Part shown: piece by piece, positions 12,740 through 25,075 of the stretch
How the letters are laid out: each line of letters opens with the position of its first letter
How positions within the stretch are numbered: the first letter of the stretch is position 1
From: Atractiella rhizophila
Lineage: Eukaryota
Assembly: GCA_021432655.1 (NCBI GenBank)
Contig: MU271457.1
Coordinates: 1 to 36,400, forward strand
Reading direction: 5' to 3'
Length of the DNA: 36,400 nt
The notes under the pieces: model-generated
The model's input: the letters and a program-made list of their open reading frames with translations, nothing else
Database searches by the model: none
What the model was told of the DNA's origin: nothing
Program-made: the position numbers and the translations under genes

Positions 12740-14168
12740 ATGGTCGGCTCCAGCGTCATCCTCAACACTCTCGTTTTCGCCACCTCCCTTGCCTTCGGCA
12801 GGCTCAAGCCTGTCCCGAGGAGGGGCTCTCACACCATCTTCGCTGGTACTTATAACCAGCAGCTGTTGGCTTTCACCTTCGACACCAACACCGAAAAACT
12901 CGCCCTCGCTGGAAACACCAGCACCACGGCGCCGTTCAACAATCCCTCGCCTTCCTGGCTCGAGAGGACAGGATCAGCCACCAAGTTCCTAGTCACAGAC
13001 GAGAGTGCTGTGGGTCAGATTCAACTGGTGGCTGCTGAAAGCAACAAGTCCGTCGCACTTGTCGCGTCGACCTCTTCCGGAGGCGAGTCCTGTTAACCAT
13101 GCGTATGCGATTAGTGACTGACAAAGTGAGCAGGAAATGGACCTGCTTGGGTTGGTGCCACCTCTGACGGAGATTGGGCCATTGCTGCCAATGTAGGTGT
13201 TCATACTCCGTTTGGTGTGCTATCGCATCCATGTCTAAATTGTTGGAGTAGTACGGAGACGGAACCGTCCTTCCTATCCCTCTCAAGGAAGATGGCACCT
13301 TTGCCTCCTCCTCCCAGCCTCTCATCACTTTCACTGGTGCCACGGCGTCCCATCCTCACCAAACCGTCGAGCTTCCCGGAGGTTCAGTCCTCATCAATGA
13401 TTTGGGCCGTGAGCACACATCTTTCTATTCCAAGTTTGATCGCTGAGGACCGGGTCGAATAGTTGACTTGATCCACGAGATTGCCTTGAACGATGCTGGT
13501 GTCTGGGAAGTCATTGGAAACACCCAAGTCAGTCCCACAGGTAGCGGTCCTAGACACGGAGCTCTCTCAGACGACGGTGCGTGCTTTCTTCGTAGCTTCC
13601 TCCCAAACACAGTCTAAGCATCACTCTCTAGGCAAGGTTTACTACCTCGTCACTGAGGAGGCGAACGAGCTCCAGATCTTCACTGTCGACGAATCCGTCA
13701 AGCCCACCGCTCTGACCCATGTTTCGTCCACCTCTATCCTCCCTCCTGGTGCCGTTCCTTACTCTGGATTCATCCTTGGAGCCGGTGAGCTCCTCAGGGT
13801 CGGCAACCACATCTACATCAGCAACAGGGTACGTTGCTCCATTCGCATGAAGGGAAAACAAGATGATTAAGGAATTGATGGGACAGAACCAAAACACAAC
13901 GCTCGGTGACGCCATCGCCATCTTCGAGCTCACCTCTCCCACCACCGTCTCCGCTCCCACCTTTGTTCGCACGGGTGGACAACACGTGAGGGGCATGCAG
14001 TTCGACAGCACCGACTGCTACCTCATCGCTGGAAACATGATCCAAAGCCCTTACGCTCCTCAGTCCGTCGTTGCTTTCAGACGGGATACTAGAACTGGTG
14101 GCCTCACCTTGGTCGACACCCTCCCTGTCCCTGGAATCAGCGTCACCGGATTCTGGTGGCAGCAGTGA
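12740..14168 (+). CDS. Secreted lactonase-family 7-bladed beta-propeller (6-phosphogluconolactonase / carboxy-muconate cyclase-like), paralog 1
   Basis: Hydrophobic signal-like N-terminus, IFAGTY, NPSPSWL, SSGG, ANYGDG, SHPHQ, NDLG, GSGPRH, YISNR and GGQHVRGMQFD, all lactonase-family motifs. Confidence 0.88.
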
Positions 14169-14494
14169 ACTAAGTCACGTAGTATATGTAGGCGCCTTGC
14201 AATCACAGCGTTTCATTAATGTTCTCCCATATATCTTGCGCTCGTGTCCTCTTCCCTCAGAACCCAAATATTCGGATTATACAAAGGAGAGTTGAACGAT
14301 CTCGATGGACAACGTGACATTCGACAAAGCGAAAAGTCTCTGGGCTCATTGCTGTTAAGATAAGCGTGCTCGGGTGACGATCGCAATTCCTCAAGCAAAC
14401 AATCTGATTATCGAGACAATAAGATTGCAGCGGGTACATATTTTGTCAGTACAGTACCACTTCCAAGTGACCTCGCTCCTCGCAACTCTCACAT

Positions 14495-16001
14495 TTAAGG
14501 ATCGATGAGGAAACTCGTGACCTTGAACAACATCAGATATTTGTGCCGAGAAAGGAAACGAAAGCAAACTGACCTGGGTGCCTTCGGGAAGGTCGATGAT
14601 GGTCGCGAGGGTAAGGCCTCCAGTGTTAGCATCACGCTTGAATACGGAAACGCTCCACGAAAGCATATTGCCAGCGAGGAGGATGGCGTTGTCGTCGGAC
14701 AACTTGATTCCTCTCAGATGCTGTCCTTCACTTCGCACATAGACAGGCTCGGAAACCGTGGTCGGCGAGGTGAGCTTGAAGATCGTGATGGCATCTCCCT
14801 GCTTGTAGTCTTGGTTCCTACCATCCCGTGTCAGCAACCATTGTCACTACCGGTCATGAAAGATAGGCACCTGTTGCTCGTGTACAAGAACTTGCCGTCC
14901 TTGGAAAGCTGAATTTCTGCGGCCGCAAGGACGGTACCGTTGATGGGCACAGCACCAGGGGGAAGCATGGACGTGGTGGAAACGTGGGTAAGCTTGAGCG
15001 GGGTCGTCTTTGAGACCTTGAAGATCTGAAGAGTCTTCTGCAGTTCGCTGAGCAGGTAGTAGACAGATCCTATCCGAAAACACAGTTGATCAGCACTAGA
15101 CAACCACCCAGAGTAATTGGATATACCGTCGCTTGAGAAGACAGAGTGCCTGGGACCGGAACCAGTGGGTGTAACGTCTGTTTTACCAATCGTCTCCCAA
15201 ACTCCCGATTTCTTGTTCAGAGCAATTTCATGAATCTGATCCACTGCAAACCAATTCATTAACAAAACGTTTCAGGAGAAGAAAGAGACCCGTACATCCA
15301 AGATCGTTGATGAGGATGGTTCCAGTGGGTGTGTTCACAGCCTGGTGAGGATGGCTGGGGGCGGTCTTCGACGTGTTGTAGTTGAGGATAGGTTGTTTCA
15401 CAGAGGCTTTGGCGAAGGAGCCATCCGGATTGAGAGGGATGGGAAGGACAGTTCCATCTACTCCAGTCGATCAACATTGCCCATGCTGCCAAAAATGGAC
15501 TCACCTCCATAGTTAGCCGCGATGACCCATTTGCCATCAGCAGTCGATCCGCAATGAGCAGGCCAAACCCCTATTCGGTTCGTACAGTTAGTGTGGGCCA
15601 CTTCATCTACGCGAAATTACCAGCTTACCTCCTGAAGGAGTAGTACCAATGAGCTTCACGCTGTTGCCGTGACGTTCGACAACCTGAATATTGCCGACAT
15701 CGCTCTCATCCGTGACCAACCACCTGTGCTTGGAGGTTTGGCCGGGAACGCGGAAGGGTTCGAGCCAGGAAGGATTGGGGTTGTTGAACGGTGCACCCAA
15801 GGTCTGGTTGTTTACGAGCTTGATGGTGTTGGCGCCGTAGTCATACGTGAACGTCAAGAGCTCGCCGTTGTACGTGCCCGCAAAGATGGTATATGTCTTC
15901 GAAGAAGAACCGGAAGACCCAGAGCCTCCTCCGCTGTTGCTAGGGGCAGCGAACGAGGTCGCGAAGAGGAGAGACTGGAACAAGACGGTCGCAAGAATCA
16001 T
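14495..16001 (-). CDS. Secreted lactonase-family beta-propeller, paralog 2
   Basis: MILATVLFQSLLFATSFA signal-like peptide, Ser/Gly linker, IFAGTY, NPNPSWL, SHPHQ, NDLG, GSGPRH, LYTSNR and EGQHLRGIKLS. The final exon VTSFLIDP-stop ends at 14495. Confidence 0.88.
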
Positions 16002-16908
16002 GGTGGCCGTTCTCGGTGCGCGTTCACGAAAAAAGCAAACTGGAGGGGGAGCTTTGGGATGCCTGGCTTCTTTTATGGGGAGCATGGCTCCCCGCACTGT
16101 CGTGTTCATCCCCAGAACTTGTGCAATGAGGAAGCAGGATGGACGCCCCGGCATCCGAGAGAAGGTGCATAAGGTGACACCTCCATGCCTCGAATGAATT
16201 GCTCGCCCTCCGCACGTTTCAGAATTAGCCTCCTCATTCAATATTCCACAAAACGTCAAATCTTCAAGGCCGTCGTTTAGGTTCGTCTTGGCCCGCTCTT
16301 GCGCCTGATGGGATCTTGGATCCAACGCTAACAGTCAACAGGGCTTGGACGGGACGTGCGATGGCAAAGACAGCTCCATGGGCTCTAATGCAAGGTGTCG
16401 ACCAGAGGGGAGAAGGTTCGTCAGGAATATCGTGCTCTTCTCCCCCACTGCAATTCGCAATATTCGACGGGTAGCATCAAGGTCACGGAGGTCTCTTATT
16501 CAATTCCCCCATACGCACGCATTTCGCCGCGCTCATTTCTGCTTCTCAGTTTCATATCCTCACTGCGGGTAGCTCAAAGATGCCCACAAAGAACCGACGT
16601 ACCGTCTTGTCAAAGCGCCTTCCCAATCAAAAGGAGCAACACAAATCGATCTCAAATTCTCAATCGATGACGGCAAAGATCACGCTTTCCTTTCTTGGAC
16701 GTTTTCAGTTCAAAAGGACGCACGTGATACTTGTGTTCCACGGATGTGCACAGTATGAGTGTTGTTTGAAGCTCTGGAGACTTTTGCCTGTCCATACAAC
16801 ATTGAGAGGGATATATTTCCTTGTTCCTTACGTAAAGTTTGTCGGCAGCTGCCTCCCTAGGAATAGCCACGTGGCGTCCAGAATGCGTAACGGAAACGAC
16901 GACACGAC

Positions 16909-18003
16909 ATGGAACTCTTACCCTTCCCGCCACCCGTCGCGCTCTTCGTCCTCGGCGTCACCTTCCTCCTCCTCTCCATTCTCTTTCGGCGCAGAAATGC
17001 ATCCCCCGACACACGCTCTGGCGCCAAAGCGGTGGTGCTGTTTGGCCCAACAAATGCTGGAAAGACCGCTTTATTCTGCAAAGTGTGCATCATCATCCAG
17101 ACGTTGAAACTTGTAAGCTGACTCCCGTCTCCCTCTTAGCTGGTATATGGATCTGCGCCGGATTGTGTCACGTCTACGAAAGAGAACGAGGGAACGATCG
17201 TGTTTGAGAAGAGCAAGGAGGTGAGCTTGCCATATCTTCGCTTTGTGGGTTATTGGGTTGAGAGTTTTTGAAGGAGGTAGAGGCTGATCCTAATGAGACG
17301 AGAATTGAAGAAGCGGGAGAAGTCGTTGACCTTCCTGGTCATCCCCGCCTTCGAGCTCGGCAGCTTGCTCGACACCTTCCGCACGCCTCTGGCATAGTGT
17401 TTGTTGTAGACGGCTCTGCAGGACTAGGAGGGAAGGCTATTCGTGAAGCTGGAGAGTAAGAGTTTCCCTTCCATGCACTCCAGCAAGCAATTTTGAAACG
17501 CCGGAATGCGCAGGTGTCTTCACATCCTCATATCTTTATTGCGCACCCTCTCAAACCCTCAGCCTCTCCCTCTCTTCATTTACGTCTCCAAATCCGACCT
17601 TTCCCCCTCCCAATCCCCCACTCTCACCATCTCCCGCTTCCGCTCATCACTCGAGCGCGAACTCGAACGACGGCGGCTCTCCAACGTCGGAGGCATCCAT
17701 TCGACTGGGACGACGGGGGTGGGAGCAAAGCTGGAAGGTCTTGAAGACATCTCGTTGGCGAGGAACCAATCGCTGGTGTCGTCCATAAAGAAATTCTTCC
17801 TTGGAGGAACGGTGGAGGTTCAGAAAGGGAATTTGCCCGAGGACGAGAATGAGATCCTCGCGAATGAGGATTTGGCTTTTGAGGAGGAGGGAGAGTTTGA
17901 GTTTAGGAAGCTTAAGGAGCTGGTGGATATTTCTTGGGGCGTGGGAAGTACGAAGAATGATGATGTTGATGCTGATCTTAGAGGTTGGATCAAGAGTGTT
18001 TAG
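16909..18003 (+). CDS. SRP102: Signal recognition particle receptor beta subunit (SRPRB/Srp102)
   Basis: N-terminal TM helix, P-loop GPTNAGKTALF, G3 DLPGHPRLR, IVFVVDG, G4-like SKSD and LERELERRR, which is the SR-beta signature set. Confidence 0.9.
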
Positions 18004-18250
18004 ATATGGACATAATAGATCACTTACTCATGGATCAACGTGAACATGCACACTGATGATAAAGCGAACAAGTCCATTCATTTCATTCCATTTGTTTCCG
18101 TTTGTACATTAATCGTTACATTCCAGCCATTCCGCACAGATCCACACAGACTGAGCATTTTTGAGTTTTCAACGACATAAGCAAAGTAAGACAAAAAACG
18201 AGAAATTCCAAAAACCGTAACAACGGAACAGACGAGTGAACTCGTATGGA

Positions 18251-21200
18251 TTAAGCTTGCGCTTTGAAGTTCCTATAAGGCTCGAAAAGCGACTTCTCGT
18301 GAGGGACCATGTCGTGAGGGAACTTCAACTTGATTCCAAGGTCCTCAGCCAAAAGGTCGGCACCCTTCTCCCCGACCAGCAAGGCAGAGCTGTACGTATT
18401 CGTGCCCTGCAGAGCGTTGAATATCGAAGCACTTGGGACCAGAGGCATTGGGAAGACATACCAAATTGTCAGGGCAGATCGACAGGTCGACCACTTTGAG
18501 TCCCTCAGTTCCTACAAGTTGGTTTATTAGGAGAGAGGTCTAGGAATATGAGGAGGTAGACGAACCAAAAACGTTGAGTCTCTTGTCCACGACACCGCCC
18601 TCCTTGCGCGGTTTCATGGCAGCGGTTCCCAGGCTGAAAAAGCATCAGTCTCGGTTCTCAGTACAACGCAATACGTACCTGTGCCAGGTAGTCTCGACGT
18701 GGTCCGAGATCCATTCATCGATGCGATCGTCGTCCTCCTTGGTGTATTTGACGTTTTGATGCACCTGCGGGAGAGTTATCAGGAAACTACCCACAGGTCC
18801 TCTGCTCACTCACCTTGTTTTCGTCGTAAGGCTTGCCAGGTTTATGCTGCCCGGAACACCATGATCAGATGTAGCTGTACTCGATGATGGACGAATGACG
18901 AACCCATGTGCCCATGCTATATCCGAATATTAGTGACGGTAACCCGAAAGAATGAATACTTACTGAATTCCAGCTACAAGGGCCATCCCGTGTCAGCAGT
19001 AAATTGTTTAAGGTGCAAAACACGCACTGGTAAAGGAGTTGGGCAAGATCTGTTTCGCAGTTTCGATGTCGATGTCGAGACAAGCCGCCTCAGAGGCTGG
19101 GTGGAAGTGAGGGTGATGAGAGGTTAATTCTCCTCTGAAAGCCGCCATCCTCCTCGCTACCTCTCGAGTCTTCTTGTAAGACCATCTGAACGGAGCGAAG
19201 TCGGCCTTTGGACACCAATGAATCAAACAAAGCTTGTTGAGAACCAGCATATTTACCTTATTATTCATGAATCCAGAGTCGAAGAAAGGCTAGGAATAAT
19301 CGGTTTAGCATATCCTTGTAGATGAACCAGAATGCCTCACATCGTCATAGGGGTTCGGAGAGTTGATGTGGATCTTTTACAACGAATCAGCTGAGATCTG
19401 CGACAAATTAAATTACAGACCTTGCCTCGAGATGCTGGATATTCGAGGTATTGGAACCTAGATCCTGCTCAATATGGGAATGGGAGAATAATCTAAAACT
19501 TGCATCGTCATATATTTTCCAGGAGGGAGGAGCGTGTGGTCGGCATAAGCACCAGACACAATGCTGCCAAACATCACAGGCTTGTCAGGCTTGTCCTTGA
19601 AGTAGCGGTTCCAGAGATCGTTGAATTCGGCTAGGTGACAGCTCAGATAATCTACGTTGGGAGCATATACTTACGACCCATCTCCTTCAATTCCTCTTCC
19701 GTTGGCCTAATCTTGAACCCGGCATCGATGGCGTTCGATGAAACAAGAGCTTGTTCTGGCCTGTCTTGCCACTCCTTGAACAGCTGTGTCCCAACTAATG
19801 AGTCCTTTGTTCCTCAGCGGAAGTGGACGTACCTTCTCTCGCACATCTCCGACACCTCTCAAAAAGTCATCCGTAGTAGTCGATTCCTCAGAGACACGGT
19901 AAATCGACAACGTGGTGTAATGATCTTTGATGGAAGGTAAGGGACGCTGTTTACGTGACACAAAGCGCTCACCTTGATACTGCTCTCCGACTCCAGGAAG
20001 ATCAGAAACGACAGGAATCTTGAGCTTGTTCAGGAGTTGCGCATCTCCCACACCAGATCTATTTCGCGTCAAGTCAACTCTTTTCAGAGCCGGAACGCAT
20101 ACCTTTCCAAGATTTGTGGACTTCCCAATGTGCCAGAAGAAAGAACGACGAATTTCCTGGCCTTCACAATACGCTCGTCGACTCGGCTAGCAGGACATCA
20201 ATAAAGATTACGAGCGTGCAAGATAAGTCTCACCCTCCATGCAGATTGCGCGATGGAACCCAGCCAAGTCCAACAGCGCGTGTCCCTTCGAAGATGACAC
20301 GGTTTGCTTTCGCGTTGCAGAGCAAATGAAGATTCTGTTGATTCGCTCGAACAGAGTGGACATATGCCTAGGATAATGTTTAGGTCTTACGACAGGCGAT
20401 TTAGATGAGCATATACCGTCGCGGCATCCTAGGAGACAAAATCAGAATGTGCATGGCTAGAGATGTCAAACGGGGACGTACAGAACGACGCCCAGTGTAT
20501 TTATTGATGTATTTCGCCTATAGATGCTCAGTTAGTCAGATTCTTGAGTAAGTTGTGGTACCTACCCATATTTCACAAGCGTGAGAAATGCCATCAATCT
20601 GGTCCTGTAAATCATCGGTATATGGAATGCCGATGGATTCGGAAGCCCTGAAATCGATCAGACGTTACTGAGGGTAGATAAAAGACAAGTCACCTCAAAA
20701 AGTCATGCGCAAGAGCCGTTCTGACCTTCAATATGAGCAAACGTCGTCAAAAATGTTGTCAACTCACATTTGACCACCATTGGAGATTGCAATCGGTCCA
20801 TCGTATCCGTGGGTGTCATTCACACAAGGTTTTTGGTACTTCTCGAGGCGTTTCATCAACGGTAATAAGTCCTTGGCGGTCCAGCCTAATCAACAAAGTT
20901 ATAGCATCCAATTCCACTTGAGATGACGTCTCACCTTCCGTCTTGAAATCGTCCTAATAAGTCCACTGATGATGAGGGATGCTTTATAGGAATGAAAGAA
21001 GAACTTACCCAATCTGACGGAGAGGCACGCGTGTACATCTAAAGAAAATCAGTAAGGAATATGTCAAACGAAAGACATACTTGGAAGTTGATGCTGCTTC
21101 CACCTCCAAGTATGTTTGCGCACGGAACGATACTTTGCTATTGATGAAGGTCAAACAAACATCATGGTGAACATGGACACCTTACTCTTCCTCTCAGATA

Positions 21201-21667
21201 GCTTGACGCCTAAGAAATATCAGCTTCGAAGCTCTGAGACAAGAGACTTACTTTGGTGTCCACGTAGAATTTAGCTAGATAAACGTAGGGCTAAGCGCTG
21301 TCACAACTTTTGCTCCACTCACCCTTGTCATTGATGCCATTCCTTTGCATATTTCGCACATACACTGCTGGCCTGTAAACCTAAAGCACAAGGTTGGCTG
21401 CCTGAAAGGTTCTTTGATTGTCGTACCCATGGATCATCCTGGTTGTTTGCTGGAAATCGCTTGAACATTTGCCTCATGGATGGAGTCATGCACGAACCTC
21501 CTGCTTCAACAAGTAACACCTGTAAGTTGGGGTCTGCTTTAGCCAATCGACCAGCAACAACACAACCAGCCGGGCCGCCTCCAGCTACAATGACATCGAC
21601 TGGATGATTGTCAGTTCTTTCTGTAAAGCGCACATCAAAAAGCAAGCGCACCCTCAGGAGGGATCAT
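18251..21667 (-). CDS. AOX: Alcohol (methanol) oxidase, GMC oxidoreductase AA3_3-type; about 31 exons
   Basis: MIPPE|VDVIVAGGGPAGCVVAGRLA, LGGGSSINFQMYTRAS, GRRSDAATAY, DLPGVGEQYQDHY, FQYLEYPASRG, RGELTSHHPHFHPAS, HVETTWHSLGT and GTNTYSSALLVGEKGA, all diagnostic of fungal alcohol oxidases. Confidence 0.95.
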
Positions 21668-22727
21668 GGTTAAGAAACTTTTCGTTGCCCTTAAATCACT
21701 TTCAAGTGGTTTCGAAACTTCGAAGGCTTGACTTCCAATGTCCCGGGGCCCTCCTTTTATAGCTGAGGCTAGATGACTGATAGTTATGTGGGGTAGAAAG
21801 GAACGTAGATGAATCCGCGTCCCTCTAACGTCTCCACAGGATCCAAGATATTCTCCATATTCTTCTATATCGAATCTTGGGGAAACAGATGATAAATAAC
21901 CCCGATTACAAGCCTCTATAGTGGGGAACGCGATGAAATCCCAGCCAGAGGTGGTTGTCGCAGTGAACAGAAGTGCTGACTATCAGGGTTAATTCTCCTC
22001 AACTAAAAGTGGTTCGCGAAGTGGTGACATGCAAGAAAAGATGAGCCTATGAAAGAGCGAGACGGCATTAGCTCTACTGGGAGGAACGAGAGAGCTCAGG
22101 CCTGACGCTTGGCGCTGTTGCACCTCAGTCGCCTTCGTGCTTCATGATCTGCCTGAGATAGCTTGATTGCAACCTGATTTTGCCAGATTGCCTCATCCAT
22201 CTGCTTGAGCTCTTAGCTCCTTTCAGAGTGGCAGTTTTCTGGAAAATTTGGAGCGGCTTTAGCTTCAGCTGTCAAGGAAAGAAATTGAAAGCTTCCACCT
22301 CGGGTAGGCCCCTCAGTCTTTCGCTTCGTGCGGTAATTATTGGCCGTGGAGGTGGGGAACCACTCAAATTCCCAAGCCTCTGGCTCGCAGAAGCGTAACT
22401 AGCCATCGGAGCAGCACGAGAGGAAAATAACGAAGAAGAGGAAGATTGTACTGCAATATTGATGACGTGGTAAGAATAACGTGACCTCGTTTCTTCTTCT
22501 GCGCCAAATGGCAAATCAATCTGCGCAATAACAACAAGGGCATCATGACCCCCCAACAAACCATCTTGGGGACTCGTGAGACTAGACATTGACACAAACA
22601 ACATTGCGAGCAAGGTGAACCAGGACTCACAGAAATGTGATCCCTCTTATCAACTATGATTCGCCCTGCTGACTCTCTTCCACACCGCTATCTGATTCTT
22701 CTTTATGATACCTTCCATCAAACTCCG

Positions 22728-24498
22728 TTAGCCTGAAAACTGAAGACAAGGCAATTTACCATTCTGATCATGGCCAGAGGATGCGATCATCCATCTGGCA
22801 CCGTGTGGCTGAATGGATACGGCTTGAACAGGAAAGGTGGTCTCCAAGCTTCCTAAATCAACGAAGCCTTCGTCGTCAAGAGTATACATTGCGATGATGG
22901 TATCTACTGTCCCATTTCTTGCGGGAACTGCCAACAGAAATTGGCAGAAGCCAGAATAAGGTGACATTGGCCCTGTGTCCTCGAGGCCATCTCCAAAAAT
23001 GTTCGGATTAGATGGGAGATGGAGTCCAATGCCTTGAGTGATGGAGATAGATGAAGTTGCATACGTAAGATGGGTGTATGTCGTAAAAAGCCGATTTTGA
23101 GATGTTAAGATCGCGGAAAGGTTCCTGTCCGTCTTTTCGTCCTCAAGCGCTTCAAGCTCCTCCAACGCATCCGGTTCCCAGAGTACAATTCTCGGAGGGA
23201 TGTCCATTGTGGTAAAATCTGCTTTTCTATGGCCGTTCTTGCTAAGAATTGACAAGTTGCTACTGGATAGGAAGGAAACAAAATCAATCCAGTGAGCGTG
23301 GACGTTTCTCGTCGACCACCAAGGAAATTGCATGAGCGGAGCGTCTCTCTCCGTTGGCTTCTTGTCCTTTTGTTCCCGACGCTGCTCATAAGTTTTTAAG
23401 AGGTACTCATCCACCTTCCATATCTTGACAGCGCCATCTGATGCCCCCGATAGCATAAGAGGTAAGGAGGAATGCCAGTCCTAGGAACGCTTAGTGGCAG
23501 GCTGAAACTGAAACCGCTGACATACAAGGGACAATACGGGAGCGCTGTGCCCTCCTGCACCGCTGAAGATTGCGACGAGCTGACCTGGGGGAGGCAAACC
23601 GGTTGCCTCTTGTGAACGCGTTGAACGAGACCGTTTCTGCTGGCGAGTCGGAGGGATAGATATATCCCAAAGAAGTATTTGATTGTCGAAACCGCAACTG
23701 GCGAGAAGATGCGGATGAGAAGGCGAAAACTTGAGGTCCATGATTTCCTAGTTCTTTAATAAGCCAAGTAACATCGAACCTGCGATACGTACGCCACCAT
23801 GACCTCCAAGGTAAAGCAACTGCGTTCCAGCTGTAGCGTGAACGATATAAATCTTCCTATCATCTCCACCGACCGCAATGAGAGGGTCGAGGGTGTCGGG
23901 ATTCACTACAAAACATATTCAGCACTATCGATTCTCGATGTGTGAGGCAGCAGCTTACCAGAGCATGCAATGGCTCTAAAATTCTCCGTTTTCTGAAATT
24001 CGCCAGTATAATTGAGGTCCGCGTCAGAAATAAACTGGGTAATAAAGTAGTTGAGCTTACGATCTCTGATTCGAACAGCAGGAGCTCTTCAAGGCAATCT
24101 TGATCGTCCTGAAGGTTAACCGCTAGGACCTGTTAAAAAGTTAGTTGTGAGCGACATGCGCGGTTTTATTTCGTATATTTTACCTTACAACCTCCACACA
24201 AAGCAGCCCAGTCTCGGAACTGCCGAAAAGGACTGTGACGCCAGTAAGGGAAGAAAGTAATGGCATTGTAACCATCTATCAAGTACCCGTTGTTAACAAG
24301 TTAACCTAAGAAAGGTCACCTACATGCCTTCGAGAGTCAACAGAAAGCTCTCAAAAGTTGAAGTGGAATACGCACTTGTGTGTGTGACAAAGGTTTCCAT
24401 TCATCCACAATTTGGTGTTTCTTGCCATCGATATGAAGGAGATCGAGCTCATTTGATAGAGATTCCGAGTTTTGGGAGTATGGTACCTGGCTTTCCAT
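22728..24498 (-). CDS. EED: Polycomb repressive complex 2 WD40 subunit EED/ESC, apparently complete coding copy (copy A)
   Basis: ENFRAIACS..NPDTLDPLIAVGG, LGGHGGEIMDLKFSPSHPHLLASCGFD, LVAIFSGAGGHSAPVLSLDWH and QFPWWSTRNVHAHWIDFVSF...ILSK...IVLWEP are collinear with the conserved EED/ESC blocks. The start ATG at 24498 and a 4-nt micro-exon are inferred. Confidence 0.82.
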
Positions 24499-24595
24499 TG
24501 GTCACTTGGCAAGTAACAAAGTGAATCTGGGAATGAGAGGGCCAGATATCCCTGATGGTCTTGAAAGTAGCTTCGCGAAAACAACTTGCTCAGAT
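23298..24595. repeat. 1.3-kb direct duplication, copy A
   Basis: Matches 25686-26984 apart from 7 substitutions and one 1-bp indel found by eye. Confidence 0.97.
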
Positions 24596-24667
24596 CCTTA
24601 TATAAAAAGCACGACGGGTTTTGACCATGACTCACGCATGTACTTTTGAGCACTTATATCACTGCGA

Positions 24668-24908
24668 ACAACAGCCCTATCAGAACTCTGAGCACACAAC
24701 CAGAATACGCGTGTCGGCGCCTTTCGAACCGCATACAACAAAGCCTATTTGAAAGACGAAAAAAAAAAAATTGTTTTCCTTACTCAATTGACTTCTTGGT
24801 CCACAAAAACCCCATCAAAATTTTGAGCATACCACCAGAATACGCGTGTCAGCACCTTTCCAACCGTATACAATAAAGCTTATTTAAAGGACAAAAAATG
24901 GTTCTCTT
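24668..24908. repeat. Two diverged tandem units with a period of about 135 bp inside the element
   Basis: ACCAGAATACGCGTGTC occurs at 24699 and 24834 with collinear flanks. The differences are mostly C>T or G>A. Confidence 0.88.
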
Positions 24909-24991
24909 CCATGACTGAGTCAAGTGACCGACTTTGGCACTTTGACAAAAATTTCCTTACCTACTCAAATAAGGTGGCAAGGTAAAGAGTT

Positions 24992-25075
24992 TGCGCGATG
25001 GTGTAGTTGGTGTATGGTTGGGAGTTGAGTCATGACTGATTGTTGTTAGTCTGGGTTTGATTCTCAGTCATGTCA
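24992..25075 (+). pseudogene. Degenerate tRNA-like sequence (tRNA pseudogene or SINE-head-like Pol III promoter)
   Basis: A-box TGGTGTAGTTGG at 24999-25010, T-arm CTGGG-TTTGATT-CTCAG at 25051-25067 (B-box with CpG>TpG), an imperfect acceptor stem and a TTTT run at 25078-25081. The anticodon cannot be assigned. Confidence 0.65.

Noticed and set aside
22090..22630. Fragmentary minus-strand ORFs between AOX and EED
   Set aside because: Interrupted by stops, with no consistent splice model or family motif.
24330..24340. 1-bp indel between the EED copies as a frameshift
   Set aside because: It falls inside predicted intron 1 (24328-24375), so it should not alter the protein.
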